Source: an uncultured Spirochaetota bacterium (GTDB taxonomy: Bacteria; Spirochaetota; Spirochaetia; SZUA-6; Fen-1364). From it: a stretch of DNA of 64,000 nt. The position numbers were made by a program, and so were the translations under genes. Shown one piece after another: positions 20,173-30,244 of this stretch; the first letter of the stretch is position 1; every line of letters starts with the position of its first letter. Below the pieces are notes generated by a model. The model was not told the DNA's origin. It did no database searches and saw only the letters and a program-made list of their open reading frames with translations. Location: the NCBI GenBank assembly GCA_963820525.1, contig CAWGAA010000001.1, forward strand, positions 1,600,001 through 1,664,000. Reading direction: 5' to 3'.

Positions 20173-20886
20173 TCACCGCCCCCCGGGCAGAAGGCTGTCG
20201 ATCTGAACGACCTGCCTGCCCTTGCGGGCAAAGCGATGGACCTCTCCGCCGAGCGCCGCGACCGTCCTGTCGGGGCGCACCACCAGCGCCGAGCCCGAGA
20301 CGATCCCATAGCTCACCGTCCCCGCGCGTACGAGGGCCTGCAGGGCTCGAAGCTCCTCCCAGCCATCGGCCTCCCCATGCGTGTCGCAGTTCACGGGCGC
20401 GATTCCCAGGCAGGGAAAGATCTCGGAGCTGGCGTCGTCTGCGGGGTCCCTCCAGCGGATCCAGCTCCGCGCCAGCATGATGCTCCCCGCCGAGACGCCG
20501 AGATAGGGTTTGCCCTGGTTGTAGAGGTCTTTCAGGAAATCAATCATTGCGGTCCGCTCCAGAACCCGCATGCCTTCGTCTACATCGCCTCCGCTGATGA
20601 ACACGATATGAGAACTTTCAAGCACCGCTTTCGCCCTCTTGGCATCGGCGCGCTTGCCGCACAGCGGCGCGAGCTTCATCCCGCCCGCTCCCGCCTTCAC
20701 CAGGAGCCGTCCGATGATGGCGCGGAAAGCGGCGTTATCTCCCGACGCGGCGCCGACGTAGGCGACAAGCGGCCGCTCAACCCCCGCCTCCCGCAGCGCG
20801 GCCTGGATCATGGGGTCAGGGCCTCTCCTTGTCATGGCACCCCTGCCCCCCGCGATGAGGTATACGGGTTTTCTCCTAGCTGCCAT
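20173..20886 (-). CDS. Peptidase S51 (peptidase E/cyanophycinase-like), type 1 glutamine amidotransferase-like domain
   Basis: LIAGG, YVGAASGD, VFISGGD, GVSAGS nucleophile elbow and DTH. Confidence 0.8.
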   Translation of the reverse strand: MAARRKPVYLIAGGRGAMTRRGPDPMIQAALREAGVERPLVAYVGAASGDNAAFRAIIGRLLVKAGAGGMKLAPLCGKRADAKRAKAVLESSHIVFISGGDVDEGMRVLERTAMIDFLKDLYNQGKPYLGVSAGSIMLARSWIRWRDPADDASSEIFPCLGIAPVNCDTHGEADGWEELRALQALVRAGTVSYGIVSGSALVVRPDRTVAALGGEVHRFARKGRQVVQIDSLLPGGR

Positions 20887-22210
20887 ATCCGCCTCCGCCT
20901 TTTTGGAGAATCTCGGCTGAGAGGGGAAACCCCCGCTTCGCGAGGAGGAACTTTCCGGACGCCTCCGGAACAAGACGATCCACCTGTTCAACGGAGATCT
21001 CCACCTCGCTGCCGAACAGGTCATGAAGCGCATCGCAGGCGTCCCGCAGGGCCGCCGGCGCGTCGCGTTCGGCGATGACGGCACGAAACCGGACCGCGCG
21101 CGGAGTCTCCTGGTCGAGACGGTACTCTTCAATGCCCTCCACGCGGGCAACCACTTCGTCCAGCTCCCTGTGCGTGATGAGCCTTCCGTCCCCCGCCAGG
21201 CAGAGGCTGGCGAGCCTCCCCTCGATCGAGGAGAGGGTCATGCCGGTATCCCGGCTGCACGGACAGGGCTCGGCGGATACGCGGGCGAGGTCTCCGATCT
21301 CGAAGCGCAGGAGCTGAAACCAGGGGTTGCCGAAGGTCGTGGCCAGTATCCTGCCGATCTTCTCTCCCGGCTTGCCGCCTTCAACGGGGAGAAGGTCCAC
21401 GCGGCAGAACTCGCTGTTCTGGTGGAGGCGGCCGCACTCGCACTCCATGAACACATAGCCGGCCTCCGTTGAGCCGTACGAGCTCGCGATCGGTGTGTCG
21501 AACACGTCCCGGATGGCCCTGAGCTGGAGCTGAGAGGGAAACTCGTAGGTCAGGGTGATGAGGGGGGGCTGGAATACAAGCTCTCCCATGCGGCGGGCAA
21601 ACCGCGCAAGCCGCGCCAGAAGCGACGGATTGGCCTCCAGCACCGCAGGCTGGAATTCGGCGAGCTCCGCCAGGATTCGCAGCTCGTGGCCCTCCGGCCA
21701 CTGGGCGGTGCTTCCGTACTCGTTGAGGAAGAGAAACCGGCCCAGGATGCGCTCCGTGCGCGGGATAGGCCGGCCGTCGCTGAGCGGACCGACGGAGAGG
21801 GCGCTCGCGAGGATTGCCTCCCGATGGGAGCCTGAAGCAACGCGCGCCGCGGTGTTGTTGAGCGCCCACGACGCGCGTTCCGATGCGTCCCACCACCGCT
21901 GGTTCCAGATGTTCGTGAGAGATTCGTCCGCCGTGCCGCTGGTCTTGATGAAGCTGATCTCCCCGCGTGAAATGCCGGCGTCGACGTCGAGCCCGCGGGG
22001 AACCAGGCCATAGGGGAAATGCCTTCGGATGTCGTCTTTCGAGAGGGCCGGCAGCGCGGCGTAGCGCGCATCCAGCGCGCAGTCCTCCCCCGGATCGAGT
22101 GCGAGCCAGCTCTCGTACATCGGCGTGCTGTCAAGGGCCGCATGAAGGGCTTCCAGACAGCGCTGTTGGTAAGCGCGGCGCGCGCTCTTGCTTGAATCGA
22201 TTTCCTGCAT
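20876..22210 (-). CDS. Phenylacetate-CoA ligase-like adenylate-forming enzyme
   Basis: KTSGT, YGSTEAG, ECECGRLH, LRFEIGD, CPCSR, IEGR and SGKF. Confidence 0.8.
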   Translation of the reverse strand: MQEIDSSKSARRAYQQRCLEALHAALDSTPMYESWLALDPGEDCALDARYAALPALSKDDIRRHFPYGLVPRGLDVDAGISRGEISFIKTSGTADESLTNIWNQRWWDASERASWALNNTAARVASGSHREAILASALSVGPLSDGRPIPRTERILGRFLFLNEYGSTAQWPEGHELRILAELAEFQPAVLEANPSLLARLARFARRMGELVFQPPLITLTYEFPSQLQLRAIRDVFDTPIASSYGSTEAGYVFMECECGRLHQNSEFCRVDLLPVEGGKPGEKIGRILATTFGNPWFQLLRFEIGDLARVSAEPCPCSRDTGMTLSSIEGRLASLCLAGDGRLITHRELDEVVARVEGIEEYRLDQETPRAVRFRAVIAERDAPAALRDACDALHDLFGSEVEISVEQVDRLVPEASGKFLLAKRGFPLSAEILQKGGGGYGS

Positions 22211-22229
22211 GGGAATTGTCGACGCTACT

Positions 22230-22496
22230 CTACCCGATCCGGAAGGCCATGAGAAGCAGGCGGACGAAAATCAGCGCCCAACCCGCCACCAGGATCACGA
22301 AAGCGACCTTTCGGACGGTTGATGTGAGAACCACGAAGAGGGTGAGGAGGGCGAGGAAGCCCACCGGCTCGGCCAGCACTTCCAGGTCCTTCACCGACGG
22401 GAGGATGTACTTGACGGCGCCGATGATTCCGATTCCGAGGTAGCGCGCAGCCGAGTAGAGGAACCCAAAGATCTGGGTAAGCGTATCCGGTTTCAC
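22230..22496 (-). CDS. Small hypothetical membrane protein
   Basis: GGAGG RBS, GTG start, hydrophobic segments. Confidence 0.7.
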   Translation of the reverse strand: MKPDTLTQIFGFLYSAARYLGIGIIGAVKYILPSVKDLEVLAEPVGFLALLTLFVVLTSTVRKVAFVILVAGWALIFVRLLLMAFRIG

Positions 22497-22660
22497 GCGA
22501 GCCTCCCCCGCGCCACTATAAATGATCCCCGGCCTCGACGCAACCGCAATCAGCCGCCTGCGCCGAACACTTGAAAAACTGCGCTCGCTCGCGTACCCGG
22601 GAGACTGGCTGCGCGCGGCCCACGATGCGCCCCCCCTGCACGGCTCGTCATCAAAAACAC

Positions 22661-22718
22661 TTGCCTATTGCTAGGGCTGTTAATATATTAAGCCTGCTTA
22701 TTAATTAAGCAAGGTTAA
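22661..22718 (+). promoter_or_regulatory. marR-ABC promoter with tandem palindromic operators
   Basis: TTGCCT-17 bp-TATATT. TAAGC-CT-GCTTA (22689-22700) and TAAGC-AA-GGTTA (22706-22717) in an AT-rich patch. Confidence 0.65.
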
Positions 22719-22720
22719 CT

Positions 22721-23209
22721 ATGAGAGACGAAAAAGAAATCATCTCCATGATTCGCAAATGGATAGAGGCGTTCAGAGTCCGATCCATGGATGACTGGAA
22801 ACGATTCATCAAGGCATCGGGCCTCTCGTATCCGCAGCTCGGTCTTCTCACACACCTGTACTTCAGCGGCAAGCGCGGCGTCCACGACATCGGGGACCAC
22901 ATGGACATCACCAGCGCGGCCGCCAGCCAGCTCGTCGAGCGCCTGGTTCAGGCCGGGCTTGTCCAGCGCACTGAAAGCGCCGAGGACCGCCGGGTCCGCC
23001 AGATCGCCCTGACGGACAAGGGGCGGGCCCTGGTAGAGCGGGGAATCGAGGACCGGCATCGATGGGTGGAGCGCCTCGTATCGGGCCTCACGCCCGAGCA
23101 GCGCGAGGCTGTCCTGAAAGCTCTCCCGATCCTGCTCGAAGCCGAGGGCAAGCTCGAAGAGGTGAAAGGCGCCGCCGACAGAATCGTCCCCGCCGCCTCG
23201 AGGCAATAG
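22721..23209 (+). CDS. MarR family transcriptional regulator
   Basis: wHTH with ITSAAASQLVERL...GLVQR...EDRR...LTDKG. Confidence 0.92.
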   Translation: MRDEKEIISMIRKWIEAFRVRSMDDWKRFIKASGLSYPQLGLLTHLYFSGKRGVHDIGDHMDITSAAASQLVERLVQAGLVQRTESAEDRRVRQIALTDKGRALVERGIEDRHRWVERLVSGLTPEQREAVLKALPILLEAEGKLEEVKGAADRIVPAASRQ

Positions 23210-23247
23210 AACGGCCGGAATAACGACTCTCTCAATTGAGGTGAACA

Positions 23248-24975
23248 ATGCTGAAGCTTTTGAAATACCTGAAGCCCTACGCCCTGCCCGTGGGGCTGGT
23301 TTTGACCCTCGTTTTCCTCCAGGCCATGGCCAACCTGTACCTGCCCACCCTCATGTCCGGCATCGTTGACAGGGGAATCATGAGCGGGAATACGGCGTAC
23401 ATCCTGCGAATCGGCGCTTTCATGCTGGCGGTGGCCGGGGGAGGGATCCTCTGCTCGGTCATCGCAAGCTGGTTTTCGGCCCGCGCCGCCATGGGATTCG
23501 GAAGAGACCTCCGGGCGAAGGTCTTTTCGCACGTGGAGAGCTTCTCCCTGCACGAGTTCGACAGGATCGGGACTCCTTCCCTCATCACGCGGACCACCAA
23601 TGACATCACGCAGGTCCAGATGGTTACGCTGATGATGATGAGGATGTTCATCATGGCGCCCGTCATGGCGATCGGCGGCATCGTTTTGGCGCTCTCCGTG
23701 GACGCCGAGCTGTGGTGGACCCTCGTTGCCGTGGTGCCCGTCCTGGCCGGCATCATCGCGCTCCTCATGGGCATGGGACTGCCCCTGTTCAAGGCGATGC
23801 AGATCAAGATCGACAGGATCAACCTGGTGCTCCGCGAGAACCTCACCGGCATGCGGGTGATCCGGGCCTTCGACAGGATCGAAGACGAGAAGAGGCGTTT
23901 CGACGCCGCGAACCTCGACCTCACCCGCACCGCCATCACGGTCAACAAGCTCATGGCGATCATGTTTCCCGCCGCGATGCTCATCATCAACGTCGCAACG
24001 ATCGCCATCATCTGGTTCGGCGGGCTTCGCGTGGACGCGGGAAGGATGGAGGTGGGAAGCCTCATGGCGTTCGTGCAGTACGCCGCGCAGATCCTCTTCT
24101 CCCTACTCATGGTGTCCTTCATGTTCGTGATGATTCCCCGCGCCTCCGCTTCCGCGGCGAGGATCAACGAGGTCTTCGCCCTGGTGCCGGAGATCAGGGA
24201 CGCCAAGCGGCCGCGAAAGACGGACGGGCAGAGGGGCTACCTCGAGTTCCAGGGCGTCACCTTCAGCTACCCCGGCGCGGGGGAGCCCGCGATCAGCGAT
24301 ATCTCCTTCAGCGCCAGGCCGGGGGAGGTGACGGCGATCATCGGCGGCACGGGCGCCGGCAAGTCCACGCTGGTCAACCTCATCCCGCGGTTCTACGACG
24401 TGGACAGCGGCCGAATCCTGGTGGACGGGGTGGACATCCGCGAGATCTCCCAGGAAGACCTGCGCTCGAGGCTCGGCTTCGTTCCCCAGAGGGCGGTGCT
24501 CTTCAACGACACGATCGCCAACAACATCCGCTACGGGCGGGAAGACGCCACGGATGAAGAGGTGGCTCGCGCTTCGGAAACGGCCCAGGCCGCCGAGTTC
24601 ATCCTCGCCCTGAAGGAGGGCTACCAGCATCAGATCGCGCAGGGCGGCGGCAACGTCTCCGGCGGCCAGAAGCAGCGGCTGGCCATCGCGCGGGCGCTGG
24701 TAAGGAGGCCCGAGATCTACGTCTTCGACGACACGTTCTCGGCCCTCGACTTCAAGACGGACGCGAAGCTTCGCGCCGCGCTTCGAGAAGAGACGGCGGG
24801 CGCCACCGTGATCATCGTGGCGCAGAGAATCAACACGGTCATGGACGCGGACCGGATCATCGTTCTGGATGACGGCCGCATCGTGGGCATCGGCACCCAC
24901 AGGCAGCTCCTCGCCGCCTCGGATGTGTACCGCGAGATCGTATCTTCACAGCTCCCCGAGGAGGCCCTGGCATGA
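23248..24975 (+). CDS. Heterodimeric ABC exporter subunit (degenerate site; TM287-like)
   Basis: TMD plus NBD; GGTGAGKST, SGGQKQR, Walker B VFDD (no catalytic Glu) and AQR switch. Confidence 0.92.
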   Translation: MLKLLKYLKPYALPVGLVLTLVFLQAMANLYLPTLMSGIVDRGIMSGNTAYILRIGAFMLAVAGGGILCSVIASWFSARAAMGFGRDLRAKVFSHVESFSLHEFDRIGTPSLITRTTNDITQVQMVTLMMMRMFIMAPVMAIGGIVLALSVDAELWWTLVAVVPVLAGIIALLMGMGLPLFKAMQIKIDRINLVLRENLTGMRVIRAFDRIEDEKRRFDAANLDLTRTAITVNKLMAIMFPAAMLIINVATIAIIWFGGLRVDAGRMEVGSLMAFVQYAAQILFSLLMVSFMFVMIPRASASAARINEVFALVPEIRDAKRPRKTDGQRGYLEFQGVTFSYPGAGEPAISDISFSARPGEVTAIIGGTGAGKSTLVNLIPRFYDVDSGRILVDGVDIREISQEDLRSRLGFVPQRAVLFNDTIANNIRYGREDATDEEVARASETAQAAEFILALKEGYQHQIAQGGGNVSGGQKQRLAIARALVRRPEIYVFDDTFSALDFKTDAKLRAALREETAGATVIIVAQRINTVMDADRIIVLDDGRIVGIGTHRQLLAASDVYREIVSSQLPEEALA

Positions 24976-26924
24976 GCGACGGACGGAAACAGGACAGGTC
25001 GAAGGGCCCCATCGGATTCGGCGCCACCGGCAGGGGGCCGTTCGGACCGGGCCGCAGGGGCGGAGGCCCCATGGGCGGTCATGGATTCGGCATGCCCGCA
25101 GAGAAGCCCAAAAACTTCAGGAAGACCTTCAGCCGGCTCGTCGGATATCTGAAGCCCCGGCTGCCCCAGCTCATCGCCGTGTTCCTGCTGGCAATCTTGA
25201 GCACCGTGTTCTCCATACTCACTCCCAAGATCCTCGGCCAGGCGACGACGGAGCTCTTCAAGGGCCTCTCGGGAAAGCTCATGCACGTACCGGGGGCCAT
25301 GATCCATTTTGACCTCATCCTCCAGATCATCCTGAAGGTCGGGGCCCTGTACCTGGCGAGCTTCCTCTTCGGCTACATCCAGCAGTTCGTCATGGCGGGA
25401 GTGGCGCAGAAGACGGCCTACGACATGCGCCGCGACGTGAACGACAAGCTCTCCCAGCTGCCCCTGGCGTTTTTCGACTCGCGCACCCACGGAGAGATCA
25501 TGAGCCGCGTGACCAATGACCTGGACAATGTGGCGAGCACCCTCCAGCAGAGCCTCACCCAGATCATCACGTCGGTGGTCACGATCGCCGGGGTGCTCGT
25601 CATGATGCTCACGATAAGCCCCCTGCTCACCCTCATCACCGCCATGGTGGTGCCGCTCTCGTTCGTCATGACGGCCATCGTGATGCCCCGCTCCCAGAAA
25701 TATTTCGCCCAGCAGTGGGCAAGCCTGGGAGAGCTCAACGGCCACGTGGAGGAGATGTACGGGGGGCACGCCATCGTGAAGGCCTTCGGGCACGAAAGGA
25801 AATCCATCGAGAAGTTCGACGCCGTCAACGGCAGGCTCTACGAGGCAAGCTGGAAGGCGCAGTTCATCTCGGGGCTGCTCTTCCCGCTCATGAGCTTCAT
25901 CAACAACCTGGGCTACGTGGCGGTGTGCGTCGTGGGCGGAGTGCTCGTGACACGGCGCGCCATCCAGATCGGGGACGTGCAGGCCTTCATCCAGTACTCC
26001 CAGATGTTCACCCACCCCATCGCCCAGACCGCCAATATCGCCAACGTGCTGCAGAGCACCATGGCCTCGGCGGAGCGCGTCTTCGAGCTCCTCGATGAAA
26101 AGGAGGAGATTCCGGACGGCGCCGAGGCCCGGCTCATCTCACGGCCCCGGGGTGACGTTGCCTTCAGCGACGTGAGCTTCCGCTATAAGGAGGATGTTCC
26201 CCTCATCGATGAGATGAACATCGACGTGAAGCAGGGCCAGACCATCGCCATCGTCGGCCCCACGGGGGCGGGAAAAACCACGCTGGTGAACCTGCTCATG
26301 CGCTTCTACGAGATCCAGCGGGGAAAGATCACCGTGGACGGCGTGGACATCCGCGACATCAAGCGCGGAAACCTCCGGCGCGCATTCGGCATGGTGCTTC
26401 AGGACACGTGGCTGTTCAACGGCACCATCCGGGAGAACATCGCCTACGGAAAGGCCGGCGCCACCGAGGATGAGATCCGCCGCGCGGCAGTTGCCGCGCA
26501 CGCGGACCACTTCATCCGCACGCTTCCCGACGGCTACGACACCGTCTTGAACGAAGAGGCATCAAACATATCCCAGGGACAGAAGCAGCTTCTCACGATA
26601 GCGCGGGCCATTCTCGCGGACCCCGCGATTCTCATCCTCGACGAGGCGACTTCCAGCGTGGACACCCGCACCGAGCTTCAGATCCAGAAGGCCATGCTGG
26701 CCCTCATGCGGGGCGGCACGGCCGCCCGCCCCGCTGGCAGGACGAGCTTCGTCATCGCCCACAGGCTTTCCACGATCCGTGACGCGGAGCTGATCCTGGT
26801 CATGAACAACGGGCGCATCGTGGAAACGGGAACTCACAAGGAGCTTCTGGCCAGGGGCGGCTTCTACGCGGAGATGTACAACAGCCAGTTCACGGGAAGG
26901 GACCTCGTGGAGGAGGCCGTGTAG
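24972..26924 (+). CDS. Heterodimeric ABC exporter subunit (consensus site; TM288-like)
   Basis: GPTGAGKTT, SQGQKQ, ILDEATSSVD and AHRL; ATGA overlap with partner. Confidence 0.92.
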   Translation: MSDGRKQDRSKGPIGFGATGRGPFGPGRRGGGPMGGHGFGMPAEKPKNFRKTFSRLVGYLKPRLPQLIAVFLLAILSTVFSILTPKILGQATTELFKGLSGKLMHVPGAMIHFDLILQIILKVGALYLASFLFGYIQQFVMAGVAQKTAYDMRRDVNDKLSQLPLAFFDSRTHGEIMSRVTNDLDNVASTLQQSLTQIITSVVTIAGVLVMMLTISPLLTLITAMVVPLSFVMTAIVMPRSQKYFAQQWASLGELNGHVEEMYGGHAIVKAFGHERKSIEKFDAVNGRLYEASWKAQFISGLLFPLMSFINNLGYVAVCVVGGVLVTRRAIQIGDVQAFIQYSQMFTHPIAQTANIANVLQSTMASAERVFELLDEKEEIPDGAEARLISRPRGDVAFSDVSFRYKEDVPLIDEMNIDVKQGQTIAIVGPTGAGKTTLVNLLMRFYEIQRGKITVDGVDIRDIKRGNLRRAFGMVLQDTWLFNGTIRENIAYGKAGATEDEIRRAAVAAHADHFIRTLPDGYDTVLNEEASNISQGQKQLLTIARAILADPAILILDEATSSVDTRTELQIQKAMLALMRGGTAARPAGRTSFVIAHRLSTIRDAELILVMNNGRIVETGTHKELLARGGFYAEMYNSQFTGRDLVEEAV

Positions 26925-26982
26925 GGCTGCCGGAACGCCCGCATCAGCTGCCTGCGGCGCTCCGGCGCGCGCGCGGGCCGGC

Positions 26983-29692
26983 TCACTTCGTGGGCAGGAT
27001 GAACACGCCGTCCCACGAGTTTGCGGGCGGCTTGGCCTTGTTCTCCTCGCACCGCTTGGCAAAGCGCTTGGCCGGGCCGTCCTCGGGCAGGAGCGCGAGC
27101 ACCTGGCCGAAAAGCTTCTCCGCTTTCTTCCATTCCCTGGTCTCGAAAGCCTCCAGCCCCAGGTGGAAGATGCCGACGGCCTCCTCCACGGACTTCTCCA
27201 CCTTTCCTTTTTCCTCGATGAGTTCGTAGAGGCGGACCGGCTTGTTGATCCCCACAACCCTCACGCGGTCGAGCTTGCGCACGAAGAAGCCGTCTCCGCA
27301 GGCCTCCCGGGTGATCTCGCTCATCATGGTCCAGGTGTCGTACTGCTTGTTCACCCCCTCCAGGCGGGAGGCGAGGTTCACGGCATTGCCCATGATGGTG
27401 TAGTCCATTTTCTTCGGCGTTCCCATGTTTCCAACGACCATATCGCCCGTGTTGATTCCGATGCGGGCGTGAAGCGTGGTGGGCGAGAGCTTCTCCGCCA
27501 GGAACCGCTCGTTGAGCGAGATCTCGGTCCTCTTCATCTGCACGGCAGCCAGGCAGGCGCGGCGGGCGTGGTCCGCGAGGTCCACCGGCGCTCCGAAGAA
27601 GGACATGATGGCGTCCCCCTCGTACTTGTCGATGGTGCCCTTCAGGTCGAGGATGATGTCGCTCATCGCGCTCAAGTAGAGATTGAGCAGGTGGACCAGC
27701 TCCGGCGCAGAAAGGACCTCGGAAATCGTGGAAAAGCCCCTCACGTCGGTGAACATGGCCGTGAGGTTCTTCTCCTGTCCCCCGAGGGTCACCTTCTCGG
27801 GATTCTGCAGGAGGTCATCGATGACTTCTGAAGAAAGGTAATGGGCGAAGGTGCTGCGCACGAAGCTTTTCTCCCTTTCGGTGCGGAGGAACTTCAGGGC
27901 GGTGAGGACGAGGAAAGTGAGAAACACCGATGCCACGGGGGAAAGGGTGTCGACGTAGATGCCCGTGAGGAGAAAGAGACCCAGGAACAAGCCGATGAGA
28001 ACAATCACGGTTCCGCCTCCCACCAGGATGGAGCGCAGCGCATCCAGCGAGAGGATGGCCAGGGTGACGGCGAACGAGAGGATCAGGGCAAGCACCGCCC
28101 CGTACCACCAGGGGAGCTGATTGAGGAACTGCCCCTGGAGGATCGTGTTCACGACCGAAGCGTGAGTGCCGACGTTCGCGTACTGGCCCTGGAAGGGGTT
28201 CACGCCGATATCCGTCGTGGAGGTCGCCGCGTTTCCAATGATGCAGAAGGACCCCGGCAGATCTTTCGAAAGGATCTGGCGGGTTTTCATCAGGTTGCCG
28301 TAGATTCCGCGGGTTTCCTCGAACATGTTCGCGACCTGGTCCCTCACCTCCTCCGCGTTCTTCCTGTCCGCCTCGGAAAGGCCCTTGCCGGCCAGCGTCT
28401 TTTCGACATCGGAAAGGATGCGTTTCTCGGTATCGCCTCCCAGGAAGGCTCCAACGGAATCGAAGAACCCGAGGCGGGCCTTCACGTAGTCATCCATGCG
28501 TGAAAGGTGCCCCGCCGGCGAGCATCTCTTTTTTCAGCTGCCGGCAGAAAGAGTAAACGTCCAGGAGATTCGTCTCTCCCGTGTCGTAGGCAAGGTAGCT
28601 GTACTGGTTCATGAGCGAAAGGTTGTAGAGCAGGTCGTTCTCCAGCTGTCCGTGGTAGACGAGCTCCCAGAAGGAGAGGTGGCGGAAGCTCTCCATGTAC
28701 GGCTTGTGGGACCAGTTGATGAGGAACATCCCGTCCGAGGCCAGGGGGATCGAGATATCCCGCCTGCCCTTTCCCGGCACCTGGGCGCCTTTCAGCAGGA
28801 TCCCGCCCCTCTGGAGCACGACCTCGGGATCTCCCAGCCACTGGAGGAGGGGCCGAAGCGCGAGCTGCGCGAAATACTTGCCCTGGTACGATCTGACAAG
28901 GTCGATCCTCCGGCGCACTCCATCGTCATCCACGTATACGTCGGGAAAGCCGGCCCCCCGCGCGCCCCGCAGGATGGGGAGGATGCTCGGCTCAAGCGCA
29001 ACGGCCTTTCGAACGGGATCGAAGCGGACCGTCGGATTCTTCAGGGACAGATTGTCCATGGCGTATTGGATAAGCTTCGCATCCGCGGCTTCGGTCCCCG
29101 TCTGGTCGAGGGCGCTCACCGTGAGGAACGTGGAGCCGAAGAAACGGGCCGCCTGACCCAGGTACTCGTCGTTGTCCCTTTCCACGCTGCGGACCGTCTC
29201 CAGCAGCTTCTCCTTGCCCTGGGCGGTGAGGCCGTCGAGGTCCGAGATGTATCTGCCCGAGTCCCTGAGCGGAATACTCCCCGTGCGGATCGCCTCGAAG
29301 AGGGCGTCGATGTTGGTGCGGATCTGGGAGAACTCCTGGTCGAAGGCGTCGGGAACCGTCCGCTGGAGGGTGAATGTATCGACTCCGCGCGGGCTTTTAT
29401 CCACGTATGTGATATCGAAGACTGCATAGGCAACGCCGAACTCGCGCATCAGAATAAGGCCGTCCGCCATGATGTCCCTGCTCCACGGCCAGACCCCGAC
29501 CCTTGATATCGCCACGTCTTCCACGTCCAGAAAGAGGATGGAGGGGCTCTCCGGAACCTCGGGCTTGACCCTCAGGAAGATGTCGTAGATCCGCTGCTCG
29601 AATCGGTTCGTGGCCCCGGTCGCTCCCAGGAGGACGAAGACAGCCACGATGACCGCGGGAACGATGAAATCCAGACGGTTTTTCGCGAACAT
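26983..29692 (-). pseudogene. CHASE2-domain class III adenylate/guanylate cyclase split by a +1 frameshift (pseudogene or sequencing error)
   Basis: The N-terminal ORF has CHASE2 motifs (WPWSRD, DDDGVRRR). The C-terminal ORF continues CHASE2 (YANVGTHA), TM helices and cyclase (FTDVRGFSTISE, DKYEGDA, GNAVNLASRLE). Removing one base near 28509-28513 joins the frames. Confidence 0.85.
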
Positions 29693-29715
29693 GGAGGCCT
29701 CCGTTTCGAAATGAA

Positions 29716-29744
29716 TTGCACAATGGCGGCTCCCGCAGTATACT
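29716..29744 (+). promoter_or_regulatory. Putative sigma-70 promoter of the OMP-FecR operon
   Basis: TTGCAC-17 bp-TATACT. Confidence 0.55.
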
Positions 29745-29776
29745 CCAAAGCACATTTCTTCACAGGAGCGTCCGTC

Positions 29777-30244
29777 ATGAGAATCCAAAGGCTTTCCTCT
29801 GCCCTCGTGCTCGCGTTCTGTTTCATCGGCGCCTCTCCCCTCGCGGCCCAATCCAACCAGGCGGTGGACAGGCTTCTGGACGAGAAACAGGCGACGATCG
29901 CGGACGCCGGATACATCATCCTGGCCGCGTCGAACATCGTGACGGAGGACGCAAGCCCCGAACAGGTGATGGCCGCTCTGGCCGATGGAAAGCTCCTGGC
30001 TCCCGGCCGCACCGCGGAACAACCCATCACCCTGGGCGAGGTCTGCTACCTCGTCATGAAGACGACGGGGATGCAGGGCGGCCTCTTTTATTCATTGTTT
30101 CCCGGCCCCCGCTATGCGGCGCGGGAGATGGCATTCCTTCACATCGCAGCGGAAGGCAACACGCATCCCGGCCGAACCGTCTCCGGCCAGGAGGTCATGC
30201 ACATCCTCGGCGCCGCCCTCGACAGAAAGGCAGGCCGCACGTGA
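29777..30244 (+). CDS. Secreted hypothetical protein (possibly SLH-like)
   Basis: AGGAG RBS, signal peptide ending PLAA-Q, ITLGEV and GGLFYSLFPGPRYA motifs. Confidence 0.75.
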   Translation: MRIQRLSSALVLAFCFIGASPLAAQSNQAVDRLLDEKQATIADAGYIILAASNIVTEDASPEQVMAALADGKLLAPGRTAEQPITLGEVCYLVMKTTGMQGGLFYSLFPGPRYAAREMAFLHIAAEGNTHPGRTVSGQEVMHILGAALDRKAGRT

